Below are positions 1 to 8,336 of a stretch of 60,315 nucleotides of DNA, piece after piece. The notes under the pieces were generated by a model. The model was given only the letters and a program-made list of their open reading frames with translations, ran no database searches and had not been told where the DNA came from. The stretch's first letter is position 1; the number at the start of each line of letters is the position of its first letter. The position numbers and the translations under genes were made by a program. This stretch comes from a virus (Duplodnaviria > Caudoviricetes), in IMG/VR virus record IMGVR_UViG_3300044996_000347, positions 1-60,315 of that record. One strand, given 5' to 3'.

Positions 1-127
1 AATAAAAGTTATAAAAAGAGCAGAAATGTTTGATAAACTTGTCATAAATGATATAAAATCTCATTTGATGAATAATCTAAACAAAAACAAGCGGGTAGAT
101 TAGCATGAAAACTAAAGAAGAAATTTT
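1..127 (+). repeat. Exact 127-bp direct repeat, copy 1 (copy 2 at 30073..30199)
   Basis: aataaaagttataaaaagagc...atgaaaactaaagaagaaatttt is identical at both positions, then the copies diverge (g vs a). Confidence 0.97.
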
Positions 128-416
128 GAAAATGAGCAAAGAGGAATTAAAGAACTATAAATGGAATAATGATTTAGACCGAAAAGGTGGTGATTGTTAT
201 AATTGTTATGATTGTTATAATTGTTATAATTGTTCTGATTGTTCTGATTGTTTTGATTGTTATAATTGTTATGATTGTTATAATTGTTCTGATTGTTATA
301 ATTGTTATTCCTGTAGAAATCTAAAAAGAGGAAGTTATTATATCTGCAATATTAAATTAACCAAAGAAGAATATGAAAAAAAATTAAAAGAACTTAAAAA
401 TGAAAAATCTAAATAA
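105..416 (+). CDS. Cys-rich (CxxCxx)n repeat protein, paralog 1
   Basis: 9-nt tandem units (a/g)attgtt(a/c/t)t; conserved MKTKEEIL N-terminus and ICNI..TKEEY C-terminus. Confidence 0.85.
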   Translation: MKTKEEILKMSKEELKNYKWNNDLDRKGGDCYNCYDCYNCYNCSDCSDCFDCYNCYDCYNCSDCYNCYSCRNLKRGSYYICNIKLTKEEYEKKLKELKNEKSK

Positions 417-433
417 AAACAGGAGGAAAAAAC

Positions 434-859
434 ATGATAGAAAAACTTAAACAACAAAGAGAAAGATTAGATAATCAGATTAGGCAATTAGAGAAAAAAG
501 AAAAATTAAGATTAGAAAAAAATAAAGACAAACCTATTTATACAAAAATACTAGAATTAGGAATAGAAATATCCCAGCAGATTTATAATGGGAAAACTTA
601 TGCAGAAATTTTGAAATTAGTAAAAGAAGAGCAAATAGCAAATCATGAAATTTTATTTAAATTAAGAAGTCTAACAAAAAAATATCCACAATTTAAAGAT
701 TTTTGGGTTTATATCCAAAATCCCGATAAAATAAGCAAGGATAATGGACATGTTGCGAGGTTCGATGCCTGTTCTGACTGGGCTAGCCTTAGCTGCGATT
801 GGCTTCCTGACGATGTCAGTCCTTCGCTTGGGGTATTTTTATGGAGAAAATTAAAATGA
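434..859 (+). CDS. Putative DGR target protein (coiled-coil N-terminus, CLec-like variable C-terminus)
   Basis: SD aggagg; C-terminal VARFxAxSxxAxLxCxxxPxxxxxSLGV is encoded by an adenine-poor, GC-rich tract. Confidence 0.75.
   Translation: MIEKLKQQRERLDNQIRQLEKKEKLRLEKNKDKPIYTKILELGIEISQQIYNGKTYAEILKLVKEEQIANHEILFKLRSLTKKYPQFKDFWVYIQNPDKISKDNGHVARFDACSDWASLSCDWLPDDVSPSLGVFLWRKLK
752..832 (+). other. DGR variable-region-like tract
   Basis: 27 consecutive codons, none ending in A; 9/81 A and 46/81 GC; scaffold codons lack A (except the Arg AGG); variable codons derivable from AAY/AGG. Confidence 0.7.
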
Positions 860-1137
860 AATACAGCAAATTTTCACTTGTAGGAATAGGAGCAGGAATA
901 ATATTTGTACTAGGAACTTTTAATAGATATTGGGTTTTACATCCCGATTTAGATAAATGTTTAGCTTATGGATTAATTGGAATACTAGTTAGTTGCGTGT
1001 CTTTTTTATATGGAAGAACTTTAATTATATCCTCTGAACTTAATACTAAATTAGATAAATTATCTTTAGAAATAGATGCAATAGAAGAAAGGTTAAATGA
1101 TATGTGGGAAAAAGAGAGAGAGGTGCAGGAAAAATGA
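856..1137 (+). CDS. Small two-TM membrane protein with coiled-coil tail
   Basis: Two hydrophobic segments; ATGA overlap with the upstream stop suggests a start at 856. Confidence 0.7.
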   Translation: MKYSKFSLVGIGAGIIFVLGTFNRYWVLHPDLDKCLAYGLIGILVSCVSFLYGRTLIISSELNTKLDKLSLEIDAIEERLNDMWEKEREVQEK

Positions 1138-1222
1138 GTTGTATACCCGCAATAACCCAACCAATAGGGGAAGATTTTAAGTTTAAAAAAAAGAAAAAAA
1201 AAGTTAAGGAGGTAACTAAAAA

Positions 1223-1474
1223 ATGCAAAATAAAATCAAAACGCTTTTAGAACTTGCTGGAATCGGTGCTTTTATTTTTACAGGCATAAAAACTTCTGGT
1301 TATATCTATTGGAATATGATAGAAAATGCTCAAACAAGAGCAAGAGAAAGAGCAACAACTCTTATGTATGATGCAAGATATAATCCCCATACACCGGAAG
1401 AACTCAAAGCAATTAAAGCTGAAATTGCAGCCCAAGTCAAGTTAGATGAAGAATATCAAAGGTTAAAGAAGTAA
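1223..1474 (+). CDS. Hypothetical membrane-anchored protein
   Basis: SD aggaggt; N-terminal hydrophobic segment. Confidence 0.7.
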   Translation: MQNKIKTLLELAGIGAFIFTGIKTSGYIYWNMIENAQTRARERATTLMYDARYNPHTPEELKAIKAEIAAQVKLDEEYQRLKK

Positions 1475-1485
1475 ATTAATCAAAA

Positions 1486-1686
1486 ATGATTGAAAAAGTA
1501 TGCCAATACCAGATATTTCCAGAGCATCAAAGGATGAAGGAAGGAATAGGATGCTGTGTAAAGTGCAAGCCAGATGAACTCAATAAGCAATGTATCTCTT
1601 ATCATCCAATTTTTGTAAGGCAATTATATTGGCTTATGTCATCAGGTTGTGTAGAAAAAATTGTGGAGGATTTAGAAAGAAGGTAA
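1486..1686 (+). CDS. Small Cys-rich protein, homolog of 34208..34405
   Basis: Shared CxYQ..P...GxCxxCK...NKxCxSYxP...LYW pattern. Confidence 0.75.
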   Translation: MIEKVCQYQIFPEHQRMKEGIGCCVKCKPDELNKQCISYHPIFVRQLYWLMSSGCVEKIVEDLERR

Positions 1687-1698
1687 AGATAGAATAAA

Positions 1699-2229
1699 AT
1701 GGAAACAATACAAAAACCAAAAAAAGCAAAAAAACTGCCCATAGCCATAACTCAAACAGAATATGAGAAGTTAATCGAAGTAACAAAATCCCAAAAGCAC
1801 AAATTAGCATTTTATTTAGGCTTTAATTCGGGTTTAAGGGTTTCAGAAGCAGTAAAATTAGAACCAAGAGATATAAATATTGAAGAAGGAAAAATATTTA
1901 TTAGGCTGGGAAAAGGAAGTAAAGATAGAATTAGTCCGCTTCCAAAGGGATTCTTAAAAAAATATTTAGACTTACTGCCTTTAGGGATTGGCTCACGGGC
2001 ATTACAAAAAGCATTTAAGATTTCTGCTAAAAAATCAGGACTATTAGAAGTTAAGCCAACAGCTCACTTTCATAGTTTAAGACACGGATTTGCGACCAAG
2101 TTTTTAGAACAGGGGGGAAATATACAACTCCTAAAGGTTTTAATGGGGCATACTAATATTTCTACAACAGACATTTATAATCAGTTAAATCCTAAGGTTG
2201 CTTTAGATGCTTACAAAGAATTATGGTAA
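1699..2229 (+). CDS. Tyrosine recombinase, XerC/D-like catalytic domain only
   Basis: GLRVSE (Arg), GKGSKDR (Lys), HSLRH, MGH and TTDIY (Tyr) motifs. Confidence 0.95.
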   Translation: METIQKPKKAKKLPIAITQTEYEKLIEVTKSQKHKLAFYLGFNSGLRVSEAVKLEPRDINIEEGKIFIRLGKGSKDRISPLPKGFLKKYLDLLPLGIGSRALQKAFKISAKKSGLLEVKPTAHFHSLRHGFATKFLEQGGNIQLLKVLMGHTNISTTDIYNQLNPKVALDAYKELW

Positions 2230-2429
2230 AATCCCCAAAAAGCGAACTAAATCTAGAATATTTTATATATAGACAATTAAATAAAGTTCGTAAAGTATAG
2301 GAAATAAGAACATAAATCTTTTCTCAAAAGTAAAAAGTTGCATTGTTAAGTTAGCGGGTGCTGGATAGAGGAAAAAAATATCCTCTAAAAATCAAGAGGA
2401 TTTAAACAAAAAATACAATTTATTAAGTT

Positions 2430-2457
2430 GGTATACCGTGGTATACCACGGTATACC
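2430..2457. repeat. Perfect 28-bp palindrome of three GGTATACC units
   Basis: ggtatacc-gt-ggtatacc-ac-ggtatacc. Confidence 0.95.
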
Positions 2458-2466
2458 CACACAAAT

Positions 2467-2562
2467 TTATAATATTTCAGCTTCTGTCATCAATAATTCA
2501 TCTTGAAAAACTGCCTGTTCATCAAGCCAATTATCGCAAATACCCGCATCTTCTTCTAACAT
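2467..2562 (-). CDS. Small acidic hypothetical protein (MLEEDAGICDNWLDE...)
   Basis: Preceded by ggggggttaaaag; a similar G-rich SD-like motif lies upstream of 3163. Confidence 0.45.
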   Translation of the reverse strand: MLEEDAGICDNWLDEQAVFQDELLMTEAEIL

Positions 2563-2579
2563 CTTTTAACCCCCCAAAT

Positions 2580-2807
2580 TTAGTTTATTGAAATAATACC
2601 AAACTTCCTATTTAGATAAGTATAAATCTGGTTTTCCATTTTAGTTAAATCTGAAAAAGCCCCGCTTTCAACAATAAAATCAGTATTATCTATATTCCTA
2701 TAAACACTTAACCAATCTATAAAGCCACTATCATTTATTAACTTAAATAAATATAGTTTTCCCTCTTTCCTTGTGACTATCGTTTTATATAATTCAAACC
2801 CGGTCAT
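2580..2807 (-). CDS. Hypothetical protein
   Basis: ORF within the minus-strand small-gene cluster. Confidence 0.55.
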   Translation of the reverse strand: MTGFELYKTIVTRKEGKLYLFKLINDSGFIDWLSVYRNIDNTDFIVESGAFSDLTKMENQIYTYLNRKFGIISIN

Positions 2808-3004
2808 TTTTCTATAATAAATAAAGGGAATACATCTAAATTTAAATCTTCAGGTTTTGAGTAACCATAAAAACTTAATACTTTCTGTTGTATTTCTTTT
2901 TTTAAATCACTTAACATAATGTCCATTTTTCTCTTTATTTCTCCTTTCAATTATAGCCGTTTTAAAGTCCGACTATTGACTTTTTGATTATAATACATCA
3001 TTCT

Positions 3005-3163
3005 TTATAGACCGATAGCTTTTAGACATTTATCCACTCTTGGCTTTTCTTCGTCTGCTATACTATCCCAATAATCTAATAAGATATTATAACCTTCTTC
3101 ATATTTCTCCAATCTCTTGACTTCTTTTAAAGTTAAATTATATTTCTCTTTCAAACTTACCAT
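3005..3163 (-). CDS. Small hypothetical protein (MVSLKEKYNLT...)
   Basis: 52 aa read by hand; G-rich SD-like motif upstream; BRE-TATA agaaaggtttataaat on the minus strand near 3271..3286. Confidence 0.55.
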   Translation of the reverse strand: MVSLKEKYNLTLKEVKRLEKYEEGYNILLDYWDSIADEEKPRVDKCLKAIGL

Positions 3164-3794
3164 TTCATTTTAACCCCCCTTTCATTTTATCTTCTTTTAA
3201 GATTTGTAGGGTTTGATTCTATCGCCCCCCTTAAATCTTCTTTTATTCTTGTTTATTTATAGTTACCACTATTTATAAACCTTTCTATTATAAAAGTGGT
3301 ATCGTCGTAGTTTCCATAAGAAGTAAAGGTAATAATTTAAAACTGCTTATGGAAACAGGCTCCTTTATTTAAAGATATAATATAAATATGGTTCGTATTA
3401 GATAAGGAATACGAACATTTTTAACTTGTTTATATTTAAATGAGGGTTAAATAAGTTCGCTTTTTGGTAGTTTCAAGCTTTCTATATATAGAATCTACTC
3501 TCTTTAAAGTAGGGGTATTTAATTGTTATTTATTTGTCTATAATATTATAGACAATTAAACGGGGTTTTCCCGCAGTTAATTCTTATTTATTTACAATTA
3601 ATTATTTGCTTTGTTTAAAAGCCATAATTCAGCAGTTAAATGAGGGCAATGATTTTTTTGATTAATTGAACCATTATTTAATTGCCTCGGGGTAGTTTTC
3701 TTGCCTTTTTTCTGGTTTTTTTCATTACTACCCCCAAATAATAATAAAAAAAACGTGCGTTGTCGTTCAAAAACACCATTTTTTCTAGTAAAAC

Positions 3795-4676
3795 TCACTC
3801 TTTTGGCTCTATTTTAGCCCATTCTCTTAATCTTATCGTCGGAACTCCAAGTATTCCAGCAAGTTCATTCTGTTTTATAATGCCTCTCGAGTATAAAAGA
3901 GTTATTTTAAATCTTAAATTATTTAATCTATTCTGAATCTCTATTTCTTTTTTGCTTTTTTTGATTCCGATTGAGCAAATCGCCATATCTTTCTGTTTTT
4001 CGTATATCTCTAGAGTCGAGTGGGGTATTTCATCAACAAAAACGTCCAACTTATCAAACTCAAAGTCCATAAAGTTAGGGAAATCTCCTCTAAACGACTT
4101 TAAAGCACTATAATTCCTTTTTCTTGTCCTATGAAAATCATTCCAAAGGGCTTCTAATCTCTTTTTACGAATATAAATAAATTTTCCATACCTTTTTCCG
4201 CTAGAATATAGATGAAGCAAACCATTGGCTCTCTCAACTACCATATATTCTGGGAATTTCCAAAACTTTGTATAGTTTATAATAAAGAAATGCCTTTTTT
4301 TTCTAATAGTCATAAATAATCTTTGCATATCTTTATTCAACGAATTTAATTGGTCGGTGGATAAAGAATCTAATGCAGGTTCGTCCCAAATTATAATCAT
4401 ATTTTCTGTTTTCTTTGCAAATTCCATCATAGGTTCTAATTTAAAGAACAAATGTATTTCTCTATTGGTCTTTGCCTTTATATAAGCGGATTCTAATATC
4501 GCCGATGAAGTTTTACCCGTACCTTCTCCGCCCTCATTGATTAGAACATTATCTATCTTCGGAGTATCTTGAGTAACTCTCTCTATCATCTTGTCTAGTT
4601 TTATGACTAATCTCTTTTCTATTGCATAAGATTCTCCATCAACAATAACCTTATTTTCAAATACAGACAAGCTCAT
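3795..4676 (-). CDS. P-loop ATPase of the type found in non-tailed archaeal viruses (putative morphogenesis/packaging), with C-terminal HTH
   Basis: Walker A GGEGTGKT, Walker B IIIWDE, IRKK followed by a hydrophobic strand; QNELAGILGV HTH-like end. Confidence 0.85.
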   Translation of the reverse strand: MSLSVFENKVIVDGESYAIEKRLVIKLDKMIERVTQDTPKIDNVLINEGGEGTGKTSSAILESAYIKAKTNREIHLFFKLEPMMEFAKKTENMIIIWDEPALDSLSTDQLNSLNKDMQRLFMTIRKKRHFFIINYTKFWKFPEYMVVERANGLLHLYSSGKRYGKFIYIRKKRLEALWNDFHRTRKRNYSALKSFRGDFPNFMDFEFDKLDVFVDEIPHSTLEIYEKQKDMAICSIGIKKSKKEIEIQNRLNNLRFKITLLYSRGIIKQNELAGILGVPTIRLREWAKIEPKE

Positions 4677-5089
4677 AATTCATCATCCTCGTCGGAATCT
4701 GGACTGTTTAAGTTATGTGAGTCTAATAATATTTTGTTATTCTTTGAGTAGATGTCTATAAGAATCATAAACTTTTGAAAATTTTCTCCATTGATAATCA
4801 TTTCTCCATTAGAATTTTGCTTTATAATTTTATTTCTTTGTACAAATTCATTGATAAGCTTTTTTATTTTATCTCCTTTTTCTCTTTCTTTAGTGCTTAA
4901 TTTTGCCCAGCACTCGTCGAGAAGTCCATCTTGTGAGCTAATCATAATCTCATAATTAAATCTAGAGAATTGTATATTAAACAGCAATGGGTTAAACCTC
5001 GCCATGTTAAATGTTCTTTGCAGTTCATCTATTCTTTCGGTCATGGCTACACCAGCATTAAATAAACTTTTTCTTCCGTTTTCTTCCAT
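4673..5089 (-). CDS. Hypothetical protein coupled to the ATPase gene
   Basis: ATGA overlap with the ATPase start. Confidence 0.75.
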   Translation of the reverse strand: MEENGRKSLFNAGVAMTERIDELQRTFNMARFNPLLFNIQFSRFNYEIMISSQDGLLDECWAKLSTKEREKGDKIKKLINEFVQRNKIIKQNSNGEMIINGENFQKFMILIDIYSKNNKILLDSHNLNSPDSDEDDEL

Positions 5090-5342
5090 CTTATCCTTCC
5101 ATTATTTTTTTAGTTGCGACGATAACCCCAAAGAGTATTCCTGCGAATATAACCATTCCAAGTAAGTCATTCATCTTTTATTAATTTAGTTTTGAGGTAA
5201 TCCTTGAAATAATCTGGATGGTTTTCTCTCCATCTTTTCATATTTTTCTTGTGCTTCTCGGGGTCTCTATGGAGTTTATTATAATCATATTTGCACATCC
5301 CCTTACAATAGATAACTTTTTCTTTCTTGCAGACGGAGCAGA

Positions 5343-5416
5343 TAGCAGTGGATGGATTTGAACCATGAACTTCAAGGTTATGAGCCTCGTGAACTGCCTG
5401 ATTATTCGACACTGCT
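5343..5416 (-). tRNA. tRNA-Met(CAT), initiator-like
   Basis: AGCAGTG/CACTGCT acceptor stem, GAAT/GTTC D stem, CGAGG-CTCATAA-CCTTG anticodon arm, TTCAAAT T loop, discriminator A; no encoded CCA; TTTATAAA about 20-27 nt upstream. Confidence 0.88.
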
Positions 5417-5554
5417 TTGAAATTATTTTTATTATTTATAAAAAAGGGTATCATAAATCTAAGAATAAACCACTATTTAAATACTTTACCATTTTTATGT
5501 TACTATTTATTAGTAGTCGTAATAATATATAAAGCATTATAATCTTACTTTAAT

Positions 5555-5773
5555 ATGGATATAATCATACCAAAAGAAGATATTCAAGAAAATGATTTAT
5601 TTGAAGATTTAAAAACAAAAGATAAAATTAAAGTTTCTATAACTCTAGATAAATCATTAGTAGATGATTTAGAAACTTATAAAAAAGAAAAGCAAATTAA
5701 AGAACTTAGTCCAATGATTAATCGTATGTTAATTGATTGGATTAAAAAGAATAAAAATAAAAATGAAAAATAA
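5555..5773 (+). CDS. Ribbon-helix-helix (CopG-like) regulator
   Basis: KIKVSITLDKSLVDDL...LSPMINRML; divergent from the tRNA; TATA upstream. Confidence 0.8.
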   Translation: MDIIIPKEDIQENDLFEDLKTKDKIKVSITLDKSLVDDLETYKKEKQIKELSPMINRMLIDWIKKNKNKNEK

Positions 5774-6122
5774 AAAAGACTTCATAAGTAATTTTTCTGA
5801 TAACCTATTCTCGATAGTTATAAATGTTCTTTATTTAATTGTCTATATCTTTCTTGGAGCAGGAGCTTTTTGTTCTATATGGTTAATATTAACTTTATTT
5901 CCAAATTCATCTGCAGCAATGGTAGTATTTTCTATTTTTAACTTAGTAGCAAATATTTTTAAAATACTTGTTTGTGTTCTTGGAATTGGACTTGTTATAT
6001 TAATTATTGCTTTAATCATAGAATCAGCTAAGAAATTAGAACAAAAACAAAAAGAAAGACGAGAGAAATTTAGGAATGAAATAGTAGAAGACATAGTTAA
6101 AAAGATTGGGAGAAAGAGATGA
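5763..6122 (+). CDS. Two-TM membrane protein
   Basis: Two long hydrophobic helices and a charged tail. Confidence 0.7.
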   Translation: MKNKKDFISNFSDNLFSIVINVLYLIVYIFLGAGAFCSIWLILTLFPNSSAAMVVFSIFNLVANIFKILVCVLGIGLVILIIALIIESAKKLEQKQKERREKFRNEIVEDIVKKIGRKR

Positions 6123-6501
6123 AACCAATAATCCATTCAGCAATGTTACTTTCAAATTATAAGCAGACAGAAATAGAAAGATTTAAAAACGAATGTGATG
6201 AAAGCAAAAAGTCTGGAGAGATAATTGCTGCAGCTTCAACTAAGACTGGTTTCTTCTCTAAACTAAGGGGGGCTATGGAATAAAATGGATTATCCGTCAA
6301 TGATTTTATCTGGAGCACTACTTTTAATTTGTGTTGTTTTTTTCTATCTTTGGGTAAAAGCAGAAAATCAATTAAAAGTATATCGAGGTAGTTAAATGGA
6401 CTGGAATACAGCTATCTGGTCTTTGATAATCGGCTTCGCAATTGGAAGAGGATATTTGATAATCAAGAAGTTTATTAAATTTACCAACGAGGAAATGAAA
6501 A

Positions 6502-6705
6502 ATGAAGCCAATAATAACCAACAAGGAAGTTCACAAAGTTGAGCAATTAAAGAAGAAAATAAAATATGCTGGAATCGCATTAATAATTATTTCTTTATTC
6601 GCAGATTTAGTTAATTTTACAGCCGGAGCAATTCTTTTGATACTTGGAGTTCTTTCTTTAGTTTATTCTTATTATATAAAGCCAGAGGAGTATTCAAATG
6701 GTTGA
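6502..6705 (+). CDS. Small two-TM membrane protein
   Basis: Hydrophobic hairpin. Confidence 0.7.
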   Translation: MKPIITNKEVHKVEQLKKKIKYAGIALIIISLFADLVNFTAGAILLILGVLSLVYSYYIKPEEYSNG

Positions 6706-7408
6706 TGCAAATGCAATAGTTTCTGGTGCAAATGAAAAGATTGTTGGTTCTTTTAAAAATATTAATTGGGTGAATACTATCGGCTGGATGTTTTTTATAA
6801 TCATAATTGTTGCTGGAGCAGTTTGGATTTGGGTTTATTACAAGAACAAAAAGGTATTTAACAAAAGAATAAACGTAAATGGAAATATTGGTGGTTTTTG
6901 GAGGAGAGTATCCAGTGATGTAGCTAAGTCTGTTAAACTTGGGATTGGTGGATTTGAAGTATTATATTTAAAAAAACTAAAGTCTTGGAAGATTGCTTAT
7001 GGGGGGAACTTTGGAGATAACATCTATGAATTTTATGTTATGCCCGATGGATATTGGTATAACTCAAGACCTTATGGAGATGTAAAATATATAGACCAAA
7101 ATAAAGGAATGGTTGCAGTGGTTACAACTAATCCATTAATGAGGGGGCAGTATACTTCCCTCGAGAAACAAATAGAAACATTGCATGGAGAAAAAGTAAA
7201 GTTTTGGGATAAATATGGAACTTGGGTTTTGGGAATTGCATTTGTATTGATTGCAGGAGTTATGTTATGGCTGAACTATAAAGAGTATGTAACTGCGACG
7301 GGCAACTTGAATACGGTCGCCGATAAGTTTGGTATGCTGATAGATAAATTAAATTTAATGCAGGGCAATACTCCGGCTGGGGGCAGTGGTCTTATTCCTG
7401 TAAAATGA
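6698..7408 (+). CDS. Membrane protein with two TMs flanking a soluble domain
   Basis: TM near aa 27-46 and aa 175-192. Confidence 0.8.
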   Translation: MVDANAIVSGANEKIVGSFKNINWVNTIGWMFFIIIIVAGAVWIWVYYKNKKVFNKRINVNGNIGGFWRRVSSDVAKSVKLGIGGFEVLYLKKLKSWKIAYGGNFGDNIYEFYVMPDGYWYNSRPYGDVKYIDQNKGMVAVVTTNPLMRGQYTSLEKQIETLHGEKVKFWDKYGTWVLGIAFVLIAGVMLWLNYKEYVTATGNLNTVADKFGMLIDKLNLMQGNTPAGGSGLIPVK

Positions 7409-7827
7409 ACCCCATAATTATATCGATAATATTATTTGGAGTATTATTAGCAATTGGATTCTGGTGGGCTGTTAGATTTTATTCAAAGCTTAAAAATATT
7501 TCAGAATATCAGAAAAATATCCCCCAAGAAGTTATCAATCAATTTAATTTTTGTGAAAGGAGGTTGGCAGAATCATTAAAAAATGGCGACGAACCAAACC
7601 CATATAACATCCTCTGGGAAATCTATCGGGGAGACAGACAGACAAATAGAAGTTTTAACTCAACAGAACCAAGAATTGCTGACGGAGAATTACGTCCTAA
7701 GTCTAGCAGACGAGAGAACATACAGGCTGAAAATACTCCAAGCATTGATGAAGATAGGAGAGAATCTGGAAGCATTAAATCTTCTGGTAGCCCGAGCTTC
7801 TGGAGTAGATTCAAAAGAAGAACCTAA
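7405..7827 (+). CDS. Membrane-anchored hypothetical protein
   Basis: N-terminal TM; ATGA overlap with the upstream gene. Confidence 0.65.
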   Translation: MNPIIISIILFGVLLAIGFWWAVRFYSKLKNISEYQKNIPQEVINQFNFCERRLAESLKNGDEPNPYNILWEIYRGDRQTNRSFNSTEPRIADGELRPKSSRRENIQAENTPSIDEDRRESGSIKSSGSPSFWSRFKRRT

Positions 7828-7840
7828 AAAGGATGACTGA
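7583..7840 (+). CDS. Coiled-coil hypothetical protein overlapping 7405..7827
   Basis: Amphipathic helical sequence in a second frame. Confidence 0.5.
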   Translation: MATNQTHITSSGKSIGETDRQIEVLTQQNQELLTENYVLSLADERTYRLKILQALMKIGENLEALNLLVARASGVDSKEEPKKDD

Positions 7841-8010
7841 AGTTATAGCCACAACAGAAATCCCTCGAGAGAAAGGTTTTATTTATTTTATTGGAACAGA
7901 CGAGAAAGGAAACTTAACTATATGCAAAACAAAGGCGGGAAGAAAAACTAGGCGATATTGGTCTAATATATTGTTATGGTATATTTAAAGAACCCTGTTG
8001 CTTATAAAAA

Positions 8011-8277
8011 ATGAAGCCAAGAGATTTTCTTTTTTACTTTTTAGTAATTCTTGTTTTTTGCGTCATTATTTATTTTATCTGGTTCACGAGGACAGAATCG
8101 TTTAATTGTATTTCTAATCCCTCTGTTTATTTTATTAAGTCTATTGAAAAACCAAGCAACTCAACCGTATCATGCAGTTGTATTTCTTATACTCCTGATA
8201 AACCTTCTGTAGCTTTTTCTATTAATGCTTCAGGAATATATCATGGTTTCTTTGAAGATTTAATTACTAATAAGTAG
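8011..8277 (+). CDS. Membrane-anchored Cys-containing protein
   Basis: N-terminal TM, C..NP...CSC; TTTAAA TATA at about -27. Confidence 0.7.
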   Translation: MKPRDFLFYFLVILVFCVIIYFIWFTRTESFNCISNPSVYFIKSIEKPSNSTVSCSCISYTPDKPSVAFSINASGIYHGFFEDLITNK

Positions 8278-8336
8278 TGTCTAATATTTAATTAATTGAA
8301 CAAAAAATTTATTAAGGAGAACAGCTTATATCAAGG

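Noticed and set aside
190-313. Cys-gene tandem repeats as a CRISPR array
   Set aside because: 9-nt in-frame coding units with no unique spacers; no cas genes in the window
3598-3798. 66-aa minus-strand ORF
   Set aside because: Low-complexity, no motif; may be a chance ORF after the ATPase
3795-4676. Conjugative VirB4/VirD4 ATPase
   Set aside because: Too short (293 aa), and no relaxase or other T4SS genes recognised
5343-5416. tRNA as attL/attR of an integrated provirus
   Set aside because: No second copy of its 3' end seen, and no host genes in the window
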